Source: Macrostomum hystrix
Taxonomy: Eukaryota; Animalia; Platyhelminthes
NCBI GenBank assembly: GCA_950097015.1
Contig: CATNEN010000037.1
Location: 3,410,001-3,474,000 of the forward strand
DNA length: 64,000 bases
Reading direction: 5' to 3'
Below the pieces are notes generated by a model, which saw only the letters and a list, made by a program, of their open reading frames with translations, searched no databases and was not told the DNA's origin. The position numbers were made by a program, and so were the translations under genes. Shown piece after piece: positions 60,246 through 64,000 of this stretch; position 1 is the first letter of the stretch; every line of letters begins with the position of its first letter.

Positions 60246-60984
60246 CCGATGCCGCTGCTTAAGCAGCCATAGACTGTTCTGACCGATGCCGCTGCTTAAG
60301 CAGCCATAGACTGTTCTGACCGATGCCGCTGCTTAAGCAGCCATAGACTGTTCTGACCGATGCCGCTGCTTAAGCAGCCATAGACTGTTCTGACCGATGC
60401 CGCTGCTTAAGAAGCCATAGACTGTTCTGACCGATGCCGCTGCTTAAGCAGCCATAGACTGTTCTGACCGATGCCGCTGCTTAAGCAGCCATAGACTGTT
60501 CTGACCGATGCCGCTGCTTAAGAAGCCATAGACTGTTCTGACCGATGCCGCTGCTTAAGAAGCCATAGACTGTTCTGACCGATGCCGCTGCTTAAGGAGC
60601 CATAGACTGTTCTGACCGATGCCGCTGCTTAAGCAGCCATAGACTGTTCTGACCGATGCCGCTGCTTAAGAAGCCATAGACTGTTCTGACCGATGCCGCT
60701 GCTTAAGAAGCCATAGACTGTTCTGACCGATGCCGCTGCTTAAGGAGCCATAGACTGTTCTGACCGATGCCGCTGCTTAAGAAGCCATAGACTGTTCTGA
60801 CCGATGCCGCTGCTTAAGGAGCCATAGACTGTTCTGACCGATGCCGCTGCTTAAGAAGCCATAGACTGTTCTGACCGATGCCGCTGCTTAAGAAGCCATA
60901 GACTGTTCTGACCGATGCCGCTGCTTAAGAAGCCATAGACTGTTCTGACCGATGCCGCTGCTTAAGAAGCCATAGACTGTTCTG
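60246..60984 (+). repeat. 37-bp minisatellite (GACCGATGCCGCTGCTTAAGCAGCCATAGACTGTTCT)
   Basis: About 20 near-identical copies with no spacers. Confidence 0.97.
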
Positions 60985-61519
60985 TACCCCACCTAACAAG
61001 TGCGCGAGGCCCAGCCCCTCGCAAATATATTCACCTTCTTGCGTTCCCTTCTGCATCTCGCAATAACGACTTAGTTACATAAAATACTATCGATATTATA
61101 AAGAAAGCTTGAATATCATGAAAAAAATAGGTTTCCTTGTTTGCAGTTGCAAGCAAATACGCTCGTAGAAATTACGCAAAACCACTTTGATCATCATTTT
61201 GTGTAACACTGATGCTAGCATGCAGGTCATGTTTCAGTAGAAACATTTTTAGTGAAAATTTACAAACTGCGCACAATGCGCCTCGTAATCTTGTTGTTCG
61301 TTTAAAAAACTCTTGCCAAAACCCTTGTCTTGCGAATAATTGCGAGAATCAAGTTAAACAACGAATTTTAGCTAAGTACCTAAGTGCGGTGCAAATAATT
61401 GATACTACATTTTTAACTGGGAATTTGTTATTGTTTTAGAATTGCTAAATCAGCACTTTCAGCACTGATCTTTTATTGAATATAAAATTCAATAAACTCT
61501 ATTCTCAAGACTTTATTCT

Positions 61520-61740
61520 CTTTACTCCTCCATCTAATCCCTACTTACGAGTATCTATCTACTCCCCACTCATCTATCTACTCCCCACTTATCTATCTAC
61601 TACCTACTTGTCTATCTACTACCTACTTATCTATCTACTCTCTACGTCTCTATCTACTTCCTTCTTCTCAACCTAGTCGCTACTTATCAATCTACTCCCT
61701 ACTTCTCTATCTACTCGCTACTTATTAATCTACTCACTGC
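61520..61740 (+). repeat. Degenerate 19-bp minisatellite related to 56360-56960
   Basis: TCTATCTACTCCCTACTTC-like units. Confidence 0.7.
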
Positions 61741-62214
61741 TTTTCAATACTCTAATCAAAATTTCTTAAAGCTTTCAATTTTTTAAGCGTAAAATCTTTC
61801 TTCACAAATTTAATCACGCAATGCTTTACAGCTCTCTCTGCGCTGACCATCATGAGAGTCAAAGGCAACTGACGACAAGAAATTTTCTTCTCTCCTTCCA
61901 TTCTATTCACTTTCTGTTGGCAGCAACCAGCAAGTACTGCAGGCGGTAAAAGTAGGCACTTCAAAGAGAAATGCTGAAAGTCCACAGACTGCCGGACAGG
62001 AGCAGTGCTCAAAATGCTAGTGGGAGGAGCCAGGAACACTTCTAGCTTCCCTGTGGCATTGCTCTGATTTCAATGAAGGTATGCTGGATTTTTATACATT
62101 TAACTTTTTAGCTTTTTGTTCAGCGGATTGGTGGAAAATTAGTCTGAGAAAGAGGCATTTAGAGTTACATTTAGCGATTGCTTGACAATCTAGATTGGGC
62201 TAGATTTGTGATAC

Positions 62215-63232
62215 ATTTGGGTAGATGTAGGAATTTCTAGACTATCTAGACTGGGTAGATGTAGGGATTGCTAGACTATCTAGACTGGGTAGATGTAGGA
62301 ATTTCTAGACTATCTAGACTGGGTAGATGTAGGAATTTCTAGACTATCTAGACTGGGTAGATGTAGGAATTTCTAGACTATCTAGACTGGGTAGATGTAG
62401 GGATTGCTAGACTATCTAGACTGGGTAGATGTAGGAATTTCTAGACTATCTAGACTGGGTAGATGTAGGAATTTCTAGACTATCTAGACTGGGTAGATGT
62501 AGGAATTTCTAGACTATCTAGGCTGGGTAGATGTAGGGATTGCTAGACTATCTAGACTGGGTAGATGTAGGAATTTCTAGACTATCTAGACTGGGTAGAT
62601 GTAGGAATTTCTAGACTATCTAGACTGGGTAGATGTAGGGATTGCTAGACTATCTAGACTGGGTAGATGTAGGGATTGCTAGACTATCTAGACTGGGTAG
62701 ATGTAGGAATTGCTAGACTATCTAGACTGGGTAGATGTAGGGATTGCTAGACTATCTAGATTGGGTAGATGTAGGGATTGCTAGACTATCTAGATTGGGT
62801 AGATGTAGGGATTGCTAGACTATCTAGACTGGGTAGATGTAGGAATTTCTAGACTATCTAGGCTGGGTAGATGTAGGGATTGCTAGACTATCTAGACTGG
62901 GTAGATGTAGGAATTTCTAGACTATCTAGACTGGGTAGATGTAGGGATTGCTAGACTATCTAGGCTGAGTAGATTTGGGATTGCTAGGCTATCTAGACTG
63001 GGTAGATGTAGGAATTTCTAGACTATCTAGGCTGGGTAGATGTAGGGATTGCTAGACTATCTAGACTGGGTAGATGTAGGGATTGCTAGACTATCTAGAC
63101 TGGGTAGATGTAGGGATTGCTAGACTATCTAGACTGGGTAGATGTAGGGATTGCTAGACTATCTAGACTGGGTAGATGTAGGGATTGCTAGACTATCTAG
63201 GCTGGGTAGATGTAGGGATTGCTAGACTATAT
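62215..63232 (+). repeat. 34-bp minisatellite (GACTATCTAGACTGGGTAGATGTAGGAATTTCTA and GGGATTGCTA variant)
   Basis: About 30 copies. Confidence 0.95.
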
Positions 63233-64000
63233 AAGAAATTGATTATGTTTTTATCGAAGAAAGGGTCGATTTAAGGATTGCTAGACTATCTAGTCAGAGA
63301 TTCTGACAGTTAGACTTCACACTTTACACACTTTATTTTTCTTGCTAAATAACTCGGAAAGTGACAGTGAAGAATGTCACTACCAACCCATCGCTTAGGC
63401 TAGTTACGTAATGCCATTGTAATTTTGGTCCTCTTCGAGACGCGATCTGAGGACACGAAAACGGCCCGGGAAGAGAATATTCTAGAAGGCTAATGGGCAT
63501 TCCTAGACTCCAACTTCTAGTTTCCATCTAAATCCCCATGGAGACTTATACCAGTTCATCAGTCAGCTATGCTTAGTTAACCCACTTTTCCTCATTTTTT
63601 CTCCTCAAATCTTCTATCTACTTCCCACTCCCAATCAGTGTGTGAGAATTGTTCGTCAGATCTTCCGTGGATTTTAGTCGGGATGAATCTAAGGACAATT
63701 TGGGCTAAGAATGTGACAAAGAAGGTCTTTTAAAACACAAAATAGAGTATTTATACTTACTATTTTCAGCCAAAGCCGATGCACTTTCCTATACGTTATT
63801 TTTTTATCTGAACTTCCACTAGAAGAAGATGGAGTTTTTATCAAAACAAATATGCTTGGTGAAAGCTTCGTGATTATTTTGCAATTTTCCAACTGGGGAG
63901 ACTCGGGGAACAGATTCGAAAGGGAAAAAATGGAACGATGCACCTTATTTTATCTTCTTTCCACGCATGATGGGGATCCAGCAATGATGACCCCCCGGCT

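Noticed and set aside
60246-60984. CRISPR-like 37-bp repeats with a palindrome (also 2008-4225, 8555-9420, 36680-37912)
   Set aside because: Head-to-tail repeats without unique spacers, no cas genes, eukaryotic context.
61752-63527. Short ORFs and a + strand donor at ~62080
   Set aside because: Stops in all frames of the candidate exon and no consistent exon chain.

Overview
Eukaryotic (metazoan) genomic DNA with GC-richer exons and introns or intergenic gaps filled by 17-41 bp minisatellite arrays. This style resembles the flatworm Macrostomum, but that is inference and the species cannot be proven from the window. Most long ORFs in the supplied track are artefacts of the arrays. Hand-assembled genes, left to right: a 5'-incomplete synaptotagmin-15-like gene (+), an intronless degenerate-cadherin membrane protein (-), a GPR19-like GPCR (+), a spliced orphan gene (-), an intronless tandem METTL24-like protein (-), EDC3 (+), MED9 (+) overlapping GEMIN6 (+), an AF4/FMR2 (AFF/lilli)-like gene (-), a secreted Cys-rich/Thr-rich mucin-like protein (-) and part of a single-pass membrane protein (-). 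Mobile DNA includes a degenerate APE-RT LINE fragment, several tRNA-derived SINEs and a hAT MITE nested in an older TIR element. The most striking observation is the MED9/GEMIN6 pair. The two unrelated ORFs overlap by 17 nt on the same strand, share one poly(A) signal and have no ATG in any frame between their start codons, which fits a leaky-scanning bicistronic mRNA, possibly at the end of an EDC3-MED9-GEMIN6 operon. Three genes (GPR19, EDC3, the mucin) show single-base frameshifts that may be assembly indels, so a hidden MED9-GEMIN6 fusion must be excluded. No CRISPR array, rRNA or true tRNA gene was found.
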